From assembly GCA_965113315.1 (NCBI GenBank), contig OZ220377.1: 64,000 bases of DNA, one strand, 5' to 3'. Origin of the DNA: Podarcis vaucheri (lineage: Eukaryota). This document shows, one piece after another, positions 24,634 to 37,225 of the stretch. The notes below the pieces were generated by a model. That model was not told the DNA's origin and did no database searches. It saw nothing but the letters and a program-made list of their open reading frames with translations. A program made the translations under genes and the position numbers. Position 1 is the first letter of the stretch. Every line of letters begins with the position of its first letter.

Positions 24634-27614
24634 GTGCTACCTGCAGATCCTACTTATTCAACTGAGGTGGATGCAGAAGAATCTATTGGTCGATTGTGCC
24701 TGGTACGTAAGATTCTATGTCTCCCACTCAGCTGTACATGACAGGGGCTACTCTACAAACATAGTCATGTTTGACTAGGAACAATGTGTGGTTGGTTTAC
24801 TACCTATTTTTCCTGCTGCCAGACTGTGTTGAAATGGGTGATTCCAAGCAGGCAAAGAAGCCGGAAACCAGTTTTGCCTGGTGAGTGTTTATAGACGGCA
24901 TTCTCCCATATGCAATCAGATGCCAACATAAGATGCCATCAGAGGAGTAGCTGTTAGCTGGGCTTTGCAAGTTTGGTGCCGAAGGTTGGCTCCGCTGCTG
25001 ATAATTTCTTAGATCCTTTGTTGCTTAAATATATTTGCGTGTTAATTTTTAAGCAGAGGTTTGATGGGCCTCAGCCTGAGACCAGGAACTTAGCCAAGAC
25101 TGATACACAATTCAGGTCAGGAGATCATCAAGAAAATGAGGGCTGCTCCTTCCCTCAGATAATGTCAGCAAAGCTGACCTCTGCTGTAACTTTCCACAGG
25201 AGAGGAGATTCCAGGTAACCCCCCCCCCCCAGGTCAAAGAAAGAATGCATAGTACACTGTACACAGTACAGATATCCAGCTTCCACTGCCAGTGCATTTG
25301 ACTATATTAGGCAGATACTGAAAGAGACTTTGATTTGATGCATTTCCATGGTACAACATCTTCAGATCCATGGTCCTCTAAGTGGCTCATGCAACAGAAA
25401 ACCTGATTAACAATAGCAAACACCTAACAGGTTTTGAGTGATCTGGTGACCAATGTGGGGTCGTAGTGTTGTCTCCTGAGCCTTCTCAATTTTTAGCTTC
25501 ACCACTTTTTTCATCAACTAAACTTGAAAGATTTGGCAGGCATGTCAGTCTCCCCTGAGGTGTTCCCACTGAAAATGGGTACAGGCGGTAACATATTTCA
25601 GTTTTGATTGAAAGCCTTGGTTTTTGGTTGAGGGGAGAAAGTATCAGTCCAAAGTTTTTCAGATACAAGGAAATGGTGGCACGTATGTGGAACGGTGCAT
25701 ATGAATTTGAGGGATATGGGCATTATTCCATTATTAATTTTATCTCTCCTGTTCTCTTTGAAAGCATTTGGTTGTTTTCAGTGATAATCCTACTATTTAA
25801 ACATTTTTCAGTGTAACAATGGCAAGGACAACCGTCTGTTCAACCCACCCATGAGAAGCTGTTCTGTAGGAAGGATTAGATTGTTTGGAAATGTTACTTT
25901 TCTAAATCCTAAGTTTAAAAATAATTTTTTCCCCACCAATATTTCCTAAGACTTGTACACCTCATCTGATATGCCCTGTCCTCCTAATCTTTCCAGCCCA
26001 ATTAACTTCCATTCACACAAGTTTCACTTCTCTTACACTAGACTTAGGGGCAGCTATGGCCTATATAACCACACAAGGAAGTCAAAACACCTTCTCTGGA
26101 GCAACCACACAAAGGTAACATCATCAGGAGGGCACTCTCCTACTCTACACCACTAAAAGGTTCCTACCTGTATATGTACGCATAATTTTGATGGATGGGC
26201 AAGGTAAGAATAAACTATGCAGTTAGCTGACCTATACAAGTACAGAGGGGAATCTCACAATGCCTCTCCCTGGGTGAAGATTGCAATTGGTGGGTTTCAT
26301 GCTTTGTGCCCCGAGCAAACAAATCTACTGCTCTGCTCCAACTCTGCACTTGCAAACTAATGTCAAGGATGGAGGCCCATGACGGTTGGCAGATTATAAC
26401 AACTTGGAACAGTGCACAGGGTCAGAAGCCCAGACTGAGCTGCTGCATCACAAGCATTAATATGCAGAGCATGCTGGAGAGGGCAGACGTGGAGGCCGGG
26501 GGGCTGCGGGGAGGTTAGATGCATGGGAAAGGAATGACTGAAGGCAACTTACCCATTAAACATTCTGAAGCTGCAACATTTACGACAGAGCCTGCTATAT
26601 AAATTGAATGCCCTACACATGTGAAGTGACATTTCATGGAATGGGACTGCAACCAACAATCACCCCCTAAAGTTTTCCTAGAAAGAGTCTTCTGGAACCG
26701 AGGGGATTCAGGAACACAATGATCTGAAAACAAGTGGCTCTCATTATTAGACGCCTTGATTTATCTGTCCACACTGGCAGAACCACAGCCTACAGAGCAG
26801 CAATGTGTTCATGTCACACAGAACACACCAGTCTTCCCAAGGCTGAAAGGACTGCATTCTGAAAGGTAGCTCCGGGGTGGGTGGGAAATTATTTAATTTT
26901 TCTTTTCGCAGGCTAGGATTACTGCTATTTATGCCACAACATTTTAAGGAATGGTAAAAAGAAACCCAGGAAAACAGAATTAAAGCAGGTACATAAACAG
27001 CACTTTTAAGAAAATGCCTTAGCAAATGTTTTAGTGCCTCTTTGGCAGCTGAAGACAGGCAGAATGAGACTTGCCTTTCCAGACTGTGTGCTGGGTTACA
27101 TTATCTGCACACATCTTCAGTTATTTAACTTGCTAAAGAAGGCCTGGCTTAAAATAATAAAAACAAACAAACTCTCGTGCTCATTTTTTCAGATGCTTCT
27201 GAAAAGATTTCACTGGAATACAAATGGGAATATGGCTGAAGCCGTCCTGGATTGTGAAATGAAACAGGATGACTCCAAGATGTTTATTGCCCTGCCCCTC
27301 TTTGCATCTGGCGACTCCCCTTCTCCAAGCCAGCACTTAATGACAGTGCAGGCAGTAGTTGCTTACTTGACATGGGAAGAAAACACAGTCTGAATCAGAT
27401 GGGGGAAAGAAGACAGAAGTAAACAAGCTTGGTTTGGGGTTTTCAGTGTGTGTTTCAAACAACCCACTCACTTAACGTGCCGAGTTATCAGAGGCTGCTT
27501 TCTCCATCAAACTGCTTTCTTATTCCACCCCCTCCCCACAACCCCCTGCCCAGAATATTTGACAGCAATTCAGCATAAAGACATCTGGAAGAAGGGTGTG
27601 TTTGTCTCACGTAC

Positions 27615-27787
27615 CGTATACATAAAGTGTGTAATCGGAAAAGGACATCCCCACTTCATTGGAAGCCTTGCAGCGGTATGTGCCGTTATCGCTTTTGTTT
27701 AGGCTGTTAATGTGGAGGTTTGAACCTGACACTATAACGTGTTGAGGCATCTCGTCGTCTACTCTTAACCATGACACATCTGTAGGC
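27615..27787 (-). CDS. CADM1: CADM1 exon 7 (173 nt, phase 2-1), rest of Ig3: (E)[57 protein letters not shown](D)
   Basis: Acceptor ttgcttag|G and donor G|gtacgt. Contains the DNGTYRC motif and overlaps ORF 27607..27852. Confidence 0.97.
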
Positions 27788-28937
27788 CTAAGCAAGGAGA
27801 AGACAAAACAAAACAATAACCCCAAAAGCATTACTAACCCTTTTACTTGCATGTTAAGTCACTGTCATAAGTAGCATTTCTTTCTTCCTGTGATATAGTT
27901 GAGTTCAGTAACAAATATCCAACTTTAATGGGCAGGGAGAAAGAGAGTGAGAGAGAGAATATGCAATTGGAAAAGCAGGGAGGCTCAGCATTTTCTTTGT
28001 GGGGGCACACACAGGAGGATGCTTGGGTATTATTTCTCAGCTCTGAAATTCTTTTCCATCAAAGTCTTAGCATCTTCTGGAAGCAACACAGAACGTTTGT
28101 TGGAGAGAGACATAACTAAGGTAAACCAGTCCATAATGTCCTCGGTTTCCTTTGGCTTTCTGAATTGCAAAGAACACCAGAGACATAATTTCCAAGTGAG
28201 CAATCATCCCCTCTCTCTTCTTCTTCTCACACAGGATTTGGAAAAACAAGTTTAAAGCCACAATATGCAAAGCTTTACACATACCAAGTGAAGGATAATA
28301 TACCACACGCAGGAATAAAAGGGCTCTGCAAGATACAACAGTTAAACAGAAAAAAGAAAAGCTGAGGGAAAGCAGCGCACAGTTCAATCCTATGCATTTA
28401 CTTGGAAGTCAGCTCTCCTCAGTTCAAGGGGAGTTACTCTCACGTAAGCATACATTAGGATTTCAGCCCTAGATCTGAATTCATAGTAAAAGATGATGGA
28501 TAAAAAGTGACTGAGCCTGGGGTGAGAGGAAAGGATCAGTCTTCTGTAGCTAAAAATTTCAAAACAGGAGCATATTGATCAGAGATGTCTCTGTTAGGGT
28601 TCACGTGTTAAAACAGACACTGAAAAAAGGGCAGGCTCAGGAGCAAAGAAGGAAAATACTGGAGGGGAAGGTCAACTTAAAACTGAACGAAATCTAAGCT
28701 GCGTTCACCGTAGAAAACAAAATCAGAGGAGAGGGAAAATGTAAGGGCAAAGCCCTTCTTATTTAGTATTGGTGGGGGAGACCTATATTTTCTAGAATCT
28801 CACCCCTAGCATTTTCAAATAGATAACTTTCCTTAGCATTTTATCTGCAGTCTGACTGCGGCCAATGTTTCCTTTGGGCACTTCCAAGTTTCTGCAGCCA
28901 CACAATCCTATCTGCTAGTCAAAGAGTGGAAGTGGAC

Positions 28938-29071
28938 CAAGGGTGGGGGATCTGCAGCCCTCTGGGATGCCAGCTCGCATCACCACGGACCACTGGACAC
29001 ATGGGCTGGGGCTGATGGGAGTTGGAGAGAGTCGAACAATGCCTAGAGAGCCACAGGTTCCCACCACCCCA
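28938..29071. mobile_element. Short palindromic MITE-like repeat
   Basis: ggctggggctgatgggagttgg core with gggtggggga / ttcccaccaccc ends. Confidence 0.55.
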
Positions 29072-29274
29072 GGTTCCCCATGGGGTTCCCCATGGCTGCA
29101 GGTGCTTTCTCATGGCCTTGTGCTTCAGACATGCAATGTCATACCAACGCAGGAGAACAGGACTGGGTGCTGAACTTGCTCAAGAAAAAGACCAGAAGGA
29201 GTCAGGCACTCTCCTCGAACAGCCCAGTAACATGGATGGGCACGTTCTGACAGAGTCTCAGGTCCTCCACTTAC

Positions 29275-29374
29275 TCTGGTTTGCCCTTCACTTGGCACAG
29301 AAGGTCGAGGAGGTCTCCTTCTCTCGTTAGAGGCTGCGCAGGGGAGTTCTGCAGGACTTGCACTTCAGGCTTAT
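29275..29374 (-). CDS. CADM1: CADM1 exon 6 (100 nt, phase 1-2), start of Ig3: (Y)KPEVQVLQNSPAQPLTREGDLLDLLCQVKGKP(E)
   Basis: Translated by hand. Acceptor tgtgcag|AT and donor GA|gtaagt. LTREGD...C...GKP matches CADM1, and the phases join exons 5 and 7 correctly. Confidence 0.95.
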
Positions 29375-30556
29375 CTGCACATCAAACACACAATACAAAC
29401 ATCAATTTATACGTCTGCGTACAAAACAACATACGAATGATATCAAGCAACCGCGTGTGCGCGCATTTAAACAGATTGTGAAACAAAAACTTTGTACTGA
29501 CACAGCTTCACCCTCCTGCCCCTCTCCACTGCACCCATCTAATCAGCAAATTATCCTGGCATTTTCCCAAATTAAGTTGACTAATAGCCTCCAAAGCCTA
29601 ACGCACTGATAAGGAATCCGCACACCAAGGGCAGCAGCCCCACTGGTTCTTGCAAAATGAAATTTTGTTAAATTGAAGTTTATCTCTGAACTCACTCGAG
29701 CTAAAGGAAACTCATTTGCCTTCATGCTGAGGTGAAACGGCAGATTTGTGGCGCTCAGAATTGATACATTTTATCATGTATCATATTTTATGGGCTGACA
29801 ATACTTTGTGCCGTGGCATATTAATACGCCAAGGCTCCGATGGGTGCATTTGTGCTAGGAAAAGCTTAAGGGAAGAAATGCCAGGCCGCTGCCTTTTGTT
29901 GGAACAAAGCAGAGACTTCTGCTCGTGCCGATGAATCTCGTAAATCCCCAAACACAAACACACCGAGGGATTAAAGGCATTTTGCACTCAGGGAGGCAGC
30001 TCAGAAATCCTTTGGAAAGACCCTGTAGGAACAAGAGCCCAAGTCCGCAGTTACAAAGTCCATTGCCTTCGACAACGGCACATGCGGAGCAACAAACAAT
30101 CTAACCAGAATGCTATCAGCTCAAGGCAGCCAATTGAGCACCGCTTTATCCATTTTGATTTACACACAATCCCACATCCAATTCCTGGAATTGGCAGCAA
30201 ATCTGCACTAAATGAAAGAACTGAATGCAAGACTGTAATATCTGAAGGTGGTGGCAGGTAAGAGAAGTTAGTTACATCTAACGGCGGGGACCCCCCCCCC
30301 TCAAAAATCTGAAATAAAGAACAGCTTAGAATACATTTTTATATTATTTATTAATTTATCTATTCTGCTAGTGATATTACCATTGCTTCTCATCCTGGGA
30401 TATAAACAAGGTTAAGAAGACATTTGCACTAATTACGACGTACTCAACAAGTATTATTTTATAATGCTTATAATGTTTATTTTATAATGTTTAGAATCAT
30501 TTTGCAATAAGGATTGACTGATTATTTTATTATTAAGACAGAGGCAACAGACTAGA

Positions 30557-30569
30557 AAATAATAATGAT

Positions 30570-30610
<41 letters not shown>

Positions 30611-30703
30611 ACTGCCCATCTGATTGGGTTGCCCAGCCAACAAAATATAAAAACACAGTAAGACATCAAACATTTAAAACTTCCCTATACAGGGCTGCCT
30701 TCA
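30557..30703 (-). mobile_element. L2 3'-end fragment with an (AAC)n microsatellite at 30570-30610
   Basis: catctgattgggttgcccagcca and cagggctgccttcaga closely match the L2 at 21200. Confidence 0.7.
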
Positions 30704-31015
30704 GAAAACAAAATTCATAGAATGCTTTCAGAAAACAAAATTTATTTGCCTTCTTAGAAGGCAGTGGGAGTTCAATAGGGCCAATCATTATGCAATCCCC
30801 ACAGATAAGAAATAACGACACGACTTGTGGGCCGTTGGTTACTGACATAGACAAATGCTATCTGGATTTTCTGCCTTGGATGCCCGTGAGTCTTGGGTCG
30901 GCCACACACGTTAAGAGAAAACACAAATCCATACATCCAGATAGTTAACTCCACAATCTGACATAGTTTAATAAAGTACCTTTATTTTCTCATATGGTCT
31001 AGAAAGAGTGGCATA

Positions 31016-31379
31016 AAGGTAAAGGTAAAGGTACCCCTGCCCGAACGGGCCAGTCTTGACAGACTGTGGGGTTTGTGCGCCCATCTCACATTTATTGGCC
31101 GGGGGCCAGCGCTGTCCGGGGACACTTCCGGGTCACGTGGCCAGCGTGACATCGCTGCTCTGGCGAGCCAGAGCCGCACACGGAACGCCGTTTACCTTCC
31201 CGCTGGTAAGCGGTACCTATTTATCTACTTGCACCCGGGGGTGCTTTCGAACTGCTAGGTGGGCAGGCGCTGGGACCGAACAGCGGGAGCGCACCCCGCC
31301 GCGGGGATTCGAACCGCCGACCTTTCGATCGGCAAGCCCTAGGCGTTGAGGCTTTAGCCCACAGCGCCACCCGCGTCCC
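31016..31379 (-). mobile_element. Sauria SINE, full length, young CpG-rich subfamily
   Basis: Perfect 15-bp TSD agaaagagtggcata at 31001-31015 and 31380-31394. Intact B box GGTTCGAATCC and (ACCTTT)3 tail. Confidence 0.95.
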
Positions 31380-31882
31380 AGAAAGAGTGGCATACACAAG
31401 ATTAAATAGCAACAACCAGGTTTTTTGGGGGGTGGGAGTTAGGGTAGAGCCCACTAAGGGCTTGATGGACACTCCCTTCTCTTTTTTTTAGCACAAAATA
31501 AAATTGCACATATTTTCAGTACAGACTAAGACTGTGCAGCACACATTTCCGGAGGCATAGAATGCCCGCTCTCTTCACATTCTTGGGAGATAACAGTCAA
31601 TATCAGCCTGTGCTGGCTTGACCACATAAAACTTTTCATGTTTCATGTCAGAATATTAGATGAGGAATGGTTTTTTTTCCGTCCCTGTACCTCACAGCCT
31701 TATAACCCATATTTGAATTTCATGAGCAAATGAAAGTCAAACCCTCCCTCTTTCCCCTTCAACAGGAATGTCATGCTGGTCCTGATGCCCTTTACTCCTG
31801 CACAGTTACCAACCACAAATAAAGGAAGAGGAGAGAGAATAATATTGATTAATTGTGAAGTGCTTAACTGGCGCGCCCAAAA

Positions 31883-31883
<1 letters not shown>

Positions 31884-31915
<32 letters not shown>
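31884..31915. repeat. (CA)n microsatellite
   Basis: Direct reading. Confidence 0.95.
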
Positions 31916-31917
<2 letters not shown>

Positions 31918-32199
31918 CACTAGTACTAAAAAACCGGAGCAGGCCAAATGCAAAAATAAGCGAGTCCTAAGGCATTTGCTAAAAAAAGAAGAGAATAAAT
32001 TAATCACATATCAGCTGGTAAAGAGTTTCGTAGATAAGGAAAAGAAGAACCAAAGCATGAATCAAAGGAAGAGATGTGATGTAAGAAGCAACAAAGACCC
32101 CAAAAGAGACTACAGAGAAATCAGAAATGAAAGGCGCTAGAGGGAAGTAACATAATCTTAAATTGAATGTGAAAAGGGAAAAAAAGGCAACATCATAAG

Positions 32200-32930
32200 C
32201 AGAGATGCATGATCGTATTTGCATGTCGAAAAAAAATAAATAAGATGGGGCAGGGGAAGAAAAAAATCAAATTAAGAAACAAGAAGCTTAAAATGGGAAG
32301 ACTACCTAAGGAGTCTTACAACCATCCAATCTGGGCAAAATGAGAACACAGATGGAACAATGGGCAGAAATAACAGGGTGGGGGGAGGATCTTATCAATA
32401 TTAGACAACTGAAAAAGGCTTGAAAAGGCTTGGCTAAAGATGGAATCACAGAAGGAAAAAAAAGAGGAGCAATATCTTTGATTTGAAAGGAAAGAAAAAT
32501 AGTTGCATCATTGACAAAAACAGACGGGAAGGGAAAAGTCCAAAGGGGGGAAAAAATAAGAAATTTTGTCCTTGAAAGATTTAGCTTTAAAGAACAAGCA
32601 GACAGCTGTGAAGAAATAGCAAGACAAGATCAAAGATTTAAACAAGACGACAGATCAGAGATAGTAAAGAATAACTGAATATCATCAGCATAGACATGGC
32701 AACATACCAAAGGAGTGAATAAGAGACCATAAAGGAATGGGAATGAGAAGCAAAGGGTCCAGCGCTGAAACTCGTGGAACCCCAATTGGGGAAAGAAAAA
32801 AAGAAAAAGAACCATTAACCAATACAAGGTAACTACAGTTCACAAAATAAGAGGGAAACCAAGGAAGAACAGTACTAAGAAAACCAAGACCATTGGGGGA
32901 AGGCAAGGGGAAAGAGTGATAAATGGAATC
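32200..32930 (-). mobile_element. Old LINE (L2-like) reverse-transcriptase remnant
   Basis: Frameshifted RT motifs LPWFPSY, GVPRVSALDPLL (compare GVPQGSxLGPLL) and HVYADDIQL in ORFs 32630..32827 and 32685..32906. Confidence 0.75.
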
Positions 32931-32943
32931 GAAAGTAGAAACA

Positions 32944-33440
32944 CCATAGCTCAGGGGCAGAGCACCTGCAAAAGGTCCCAGGTTCAGTGCCCAACATCTC
33001 TAAGGTAGGGTTAGGAGAGATCCTGTCTAAAGCAGAGGACAGTGGCTGCCAGTCAGTGCAGGCAATATTGTTTATTTATAAGATTTCTTACCTTTCAACA
33101 TAAGGTCCTAGAGTGGATTGCAACAAATATATTCATGCAATTAAAACCAAGCCAAACAATTCCAAACAAAAGCAGCGCAGTGCAGGTCAACCAGAATAGA
33201 AGAGATTGGTCCCATAAAATACGTTAAATGTCCAACGCCAGGGTAAAAAGGATAATCTTCAGCAAATAATGGAAGCTGAATAATGACAGTGATAGGGTCT
33301 AGTTAGACACAGCTCTATGGGGAGGACATTCAACAATTACGGGAGGCCACAGAGAAAATCCTCTCCCAGACCCCCATTACTGGACTAGGTGAACCAATGC
33401 TCTGACTCAATAGAAGGGCACTGCCGATGTTTTTCCTATG
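32944..33440 (+). mobile_element. tRNA-derived SINE with a CR1-like tail, split by an L2 3' fragment (about 33070-33375, minus strand)
   Basis: tagctcagggg-cagagca A box and ggttcagtgcc B box. The SINE tail (ggactaggtgaaccaatgctctgactc) resumes at about 33378. Confidence 0.65.
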
Positions 33441-34547
33441 AGGATGCATCAGCAAAACTGAATCTCGCTACTGCTTTTTAGGCAGAGAAAATTGGTTTTG
33501 GTGAATTACAGCACAATCCTACCGAGAAGCAAGTCTTATTGAATTAAATGGGGCTTAATCCCAGGTAAAGTGAGTTTGAATTGCACCTTAAAAGTTTCTT
33601 TACAGAAAGGGGGTAAAGTCACTGCGATTTCCTGGCTTTAGTCCTGCCCCATATTATTGAACAACCCATGACACATGTCACTACATCAAAATTGCCTCAG
33701 TGGATATTCTCCTTCCCAGAGGCTTTGTTTGGGTGGGACAGGGGACACGGTGAATAACCCATGTACCGGCTAGGGGGCAGCTGACTGTATTGCTGTGGGC
33801 TAAGCTGCAGAAACACATCTTCCAGTAGATGGTCAGAGGAACTCACCACAGTCCTCTAAGCCTCTATCTCCCATCACGGCTTTCTCTGTGTCTCTCTCTT
33901 GCCTCTGCCTCATTGCAGCCGTTTTTTCAATGTCCATGCAGCTGCATAGGCCTGTACAATACCGTAAGGAAATATGGCAGCCTATTCAAATAGAAGGCAT
34001 GTGTGGAATCTGATGACATCTCGGGAGGCGTGTCGGACGGTGGGCAGCCTTGCAGTTCTGGCTGCCCTCGGAACCCAGCTAAGGACATTTCTTTCACTGT
34101 TATGAGCAAGTTGCCTGCCTGCTTTTCTGAAACGGCACAATTTCTAATGCACGCAGCGTTGGGAAGTGGAACAACACAGAGACGACAGGTTCGCAAATGC
34201 CCCCCTGAAATCAATGGAACCTAAAGACTCAGCTGTGGATCTCGTGGGTTTTTATGGAATGTTAGCAGACCAAGGATCCCATAGCAACCTATGGGATCTC
34301 AGAGTAATCTATGGGGCCCCGAGGCAGCTGGCTTGTCCCAGGATGCTATGTCCAGCACTCCACGACACTCACAGCAAGTCACTTAGCAATGAGAGGTAAC
34401 AAATTCATTTGGAAGCAAGGACTACAATGCGCAGTTGCTCAGGAAATAGAACCATGGCTGACCTCTCATCCTATCTGGGCAGCTGGATTGATTATTCTGA
34501 GGTTCAAGTGCCATGTGGTGCTTGCAACAGATACCTGATGACCCAAA

Positions 34548-34668
34548 TACACTGGCAGTTGCTCTCCGGGATTTCAGATGGGGACAGTCCCAGTCCTACT
34601 TGGGAAAGCCAGGGATTAAACTTGAGACCTTCCACATGCAAGATGTTCTGCCCCTGAGCTACAGTCCT
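34548..34668 (-). mobile_element. tRNA-derived SINE 5' half (same family as 32944)
   Basis: Reverse complement reads gtagctcaggggcagaacatcttgcatgtggaaggtctcaagtttaatccctgg. Confidence 0.7.
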
Positions 34669-37185
34669 TTTCCTGGGTTGTGCCATTTCCTCGGTGGCCG
34701 AGGAAGCTGCTCCAACCTGGGATGGAACCTCCCAAGGAAGGACAGCCAGACTACACAAGCAACTCAAGTAGTCACTTGAGCCATGAGATGTGTCCCCAAG
34801 TCCTCTGTGGCAGGGCCAGGGATTACTCACTGCATCCACTTGACACAGAGGTATGCTTTGGGCTAGTGCCGCTTCCAATTCAAACCTAGAATGAACTGCA
34901 GTGGTTAGGTGGGTGGGTAAGAAAGGAAATAAAAATAATCTAACCTAGCATTACTATTCAGGTATGAAACGTAAAGGCTAGGAAGCACCACATTCCTCTT
35001 ACACAATTGCACCGTTCTCTTATTCTCTCGCACAGTGATACATGTTTCAAGATGAAAAAAGAGTAAATCCTGAATCACTATGTACAGAATGAGTTTTCAT
35101 GTTCTCTCTTTTTGTTTGGATGTTCCTGTTAAAACAGTCTGTTAGGAACTATAAATCTTACAGCCTTTTGCTACCAATTATACTTTGCATTACTGTTTGG
35201 TGTAACACAGCTGAGAGAAGGGGGTAGGGGGGGGAACCAAGCCCAGCCAACAAAGGGAGAGGCCCAAATCATGAAAGAATCCATTTTGGTACCGAAAAAG
35301 GATTGCACCAAAATATTAGGTTTCTTTCTTTCTTTTTTCTTTCTTTCTTTTTGTTCCAAAGCACAAAAGCTTCCCTTTTTATTCACAGCAAAGAACAGGG
35401 GCCTCTGGGTTTAGGCCAGGGTGTAATTATTTCCCATTTTAAACCCTTTAACAGCACACTCGCTGTGACTGGGAGTTATGCTCACAGGGCCAGACTCTGC
35501 TATACTGTTCTTCATTTGCAGCAACATTCCTCAGAGAAAGCCTTATTAATGAGCTCGCAAACGAGCACCCAACTGGGAAATGTCACAAACAAGAGTGGCT
35601 AATGCTCCAGAAAATCAAATAACTGAACACTCGGTTGATCGTAGTGCCTTTCATATTTACAATAATAGTAATAATAATATAAAACCCCTTTAAATCACAT
35701 ATTCTGAAAGGGTCAACACCTCGCTGAACAAAACAACTCATTTATTTATGTTCAGAAATCTCCAGATGATAAATTATATTGATGTTAATCACTTCACTGC
35801 ATACTATTGCAATTAATATTTGCACTCACCAGAAGCAAACAGATTATTAAAGCACGAGGTACCCACATATGGCTAGCCTCCTTCCTCCCTCTATTTCTTT
35901 CTCTTTTTTTTGTTAAACATAATTGAGCACAGGGAATTCTCTTGGTTATGAACAACAAACAGAGGTTACAGCAGCTTCCCTGGGTATATATTTTTATAAA
36001 CATGCATGTAGACATTATAAATATCTGTGTTCCATTAATTATGACTTAACTCTGCATTACTTCTCCTGGGGCTTAAAAATTCAGCTGTGCCTGTCTGCCT
36101 TCCCCTTAGTGTTACATAACAAAGGAAGGAGGTAGGTACTACAAAGGCAAGGGAAGGGGATTACATACACACACACACACACACACAGCATGCAAGACTG
36201 AGCTTTCCCCTTCTCCTGTTTGTTTAGCTCAAGCCCTTAATGATGCCTTAATGTATTTTGATGCTCCATTTCCCTTTTTAAAATTACATTTACCCACAGC
36301 TTCCTTCTCAAGCAACATAAGGAGTTGTGAGTATACAGTGGATCAGCCATCACTGGGGGCAAACCATCTCTTCAATATGCTGCACCAGTCCAATCCCATG
36401 GCATAACTAACTGGCTTGTGACTGCCACCCAAGTGCAAAGGCAGCTACGGCTATGTGCCTTTCCAGCGGACACACATCAGTTTCAGCTTTGTTCTCCTGG
36501 TATTAAGGCGATATTCCATTTCACATTACAGGGTGCTTGGTGACACATAAGATCCTGCACATCTCGGGTGTTCTTTGGAAGCATCTTCCTCAACACACAC
36601 AGAAAGCCAGATTTCTGAGGACTTTTCCACCATAGGAACGTACCGTCCATAACCATAGCAAGATAGTCACGTTTAGGAATGTGTGACCGTGGTCCTATCT
36701 GGGAGCATCAGAGGTCAAAACCAGGGAGACAAGGCATGCCTACTCAGCTAGGAACATCTTCAGCACAAGTCCGAATGAACTGGATGGGAACCATCAGCAT
36801 GTGCAATTCTCAGACTTTGATGGGGCTTGTTCATGGGGTATGGACAGTCTTGGTACTTTTTTTTTTTTAAAGGCAATGTGCATCCCACTTCTCCTTCTAT
36901 GTGAAGCAACTCATGACAAAAGAAGAGAACCACAAACATCCAGACACTTTGCTGCTGAGAAGGGCATATTTTAACAGCTTCCAAACATGAGAGCAAGAGG
37001 AGATTGAAAATAACTGCAGGTCTATTCATTTAGCTCACAGGTTTCCTTGCATGGCTTCTATATTACAACATTTTATACCACTTGTTAAAAATAGCCCCTC
37101 TAAGGGGCATACAGAAAAGGTGTATTCAGGATTGTTTTCAAGCCAGTGTCCTGCCTCCCACATCCTAGTCATGATTAGTTAAGGC

Positions 37186-37225
<40 letters not shown>
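37186..37225. repeat. (AAT)n microsatellite
   Basis: Direct reading. Confidence 0.95.

Noticed and set aside
31290-31379. tRNA-like A/B boxes
   Set aside because: These are SINE heads with no full cloverleaf, so they are not tRNA genes.
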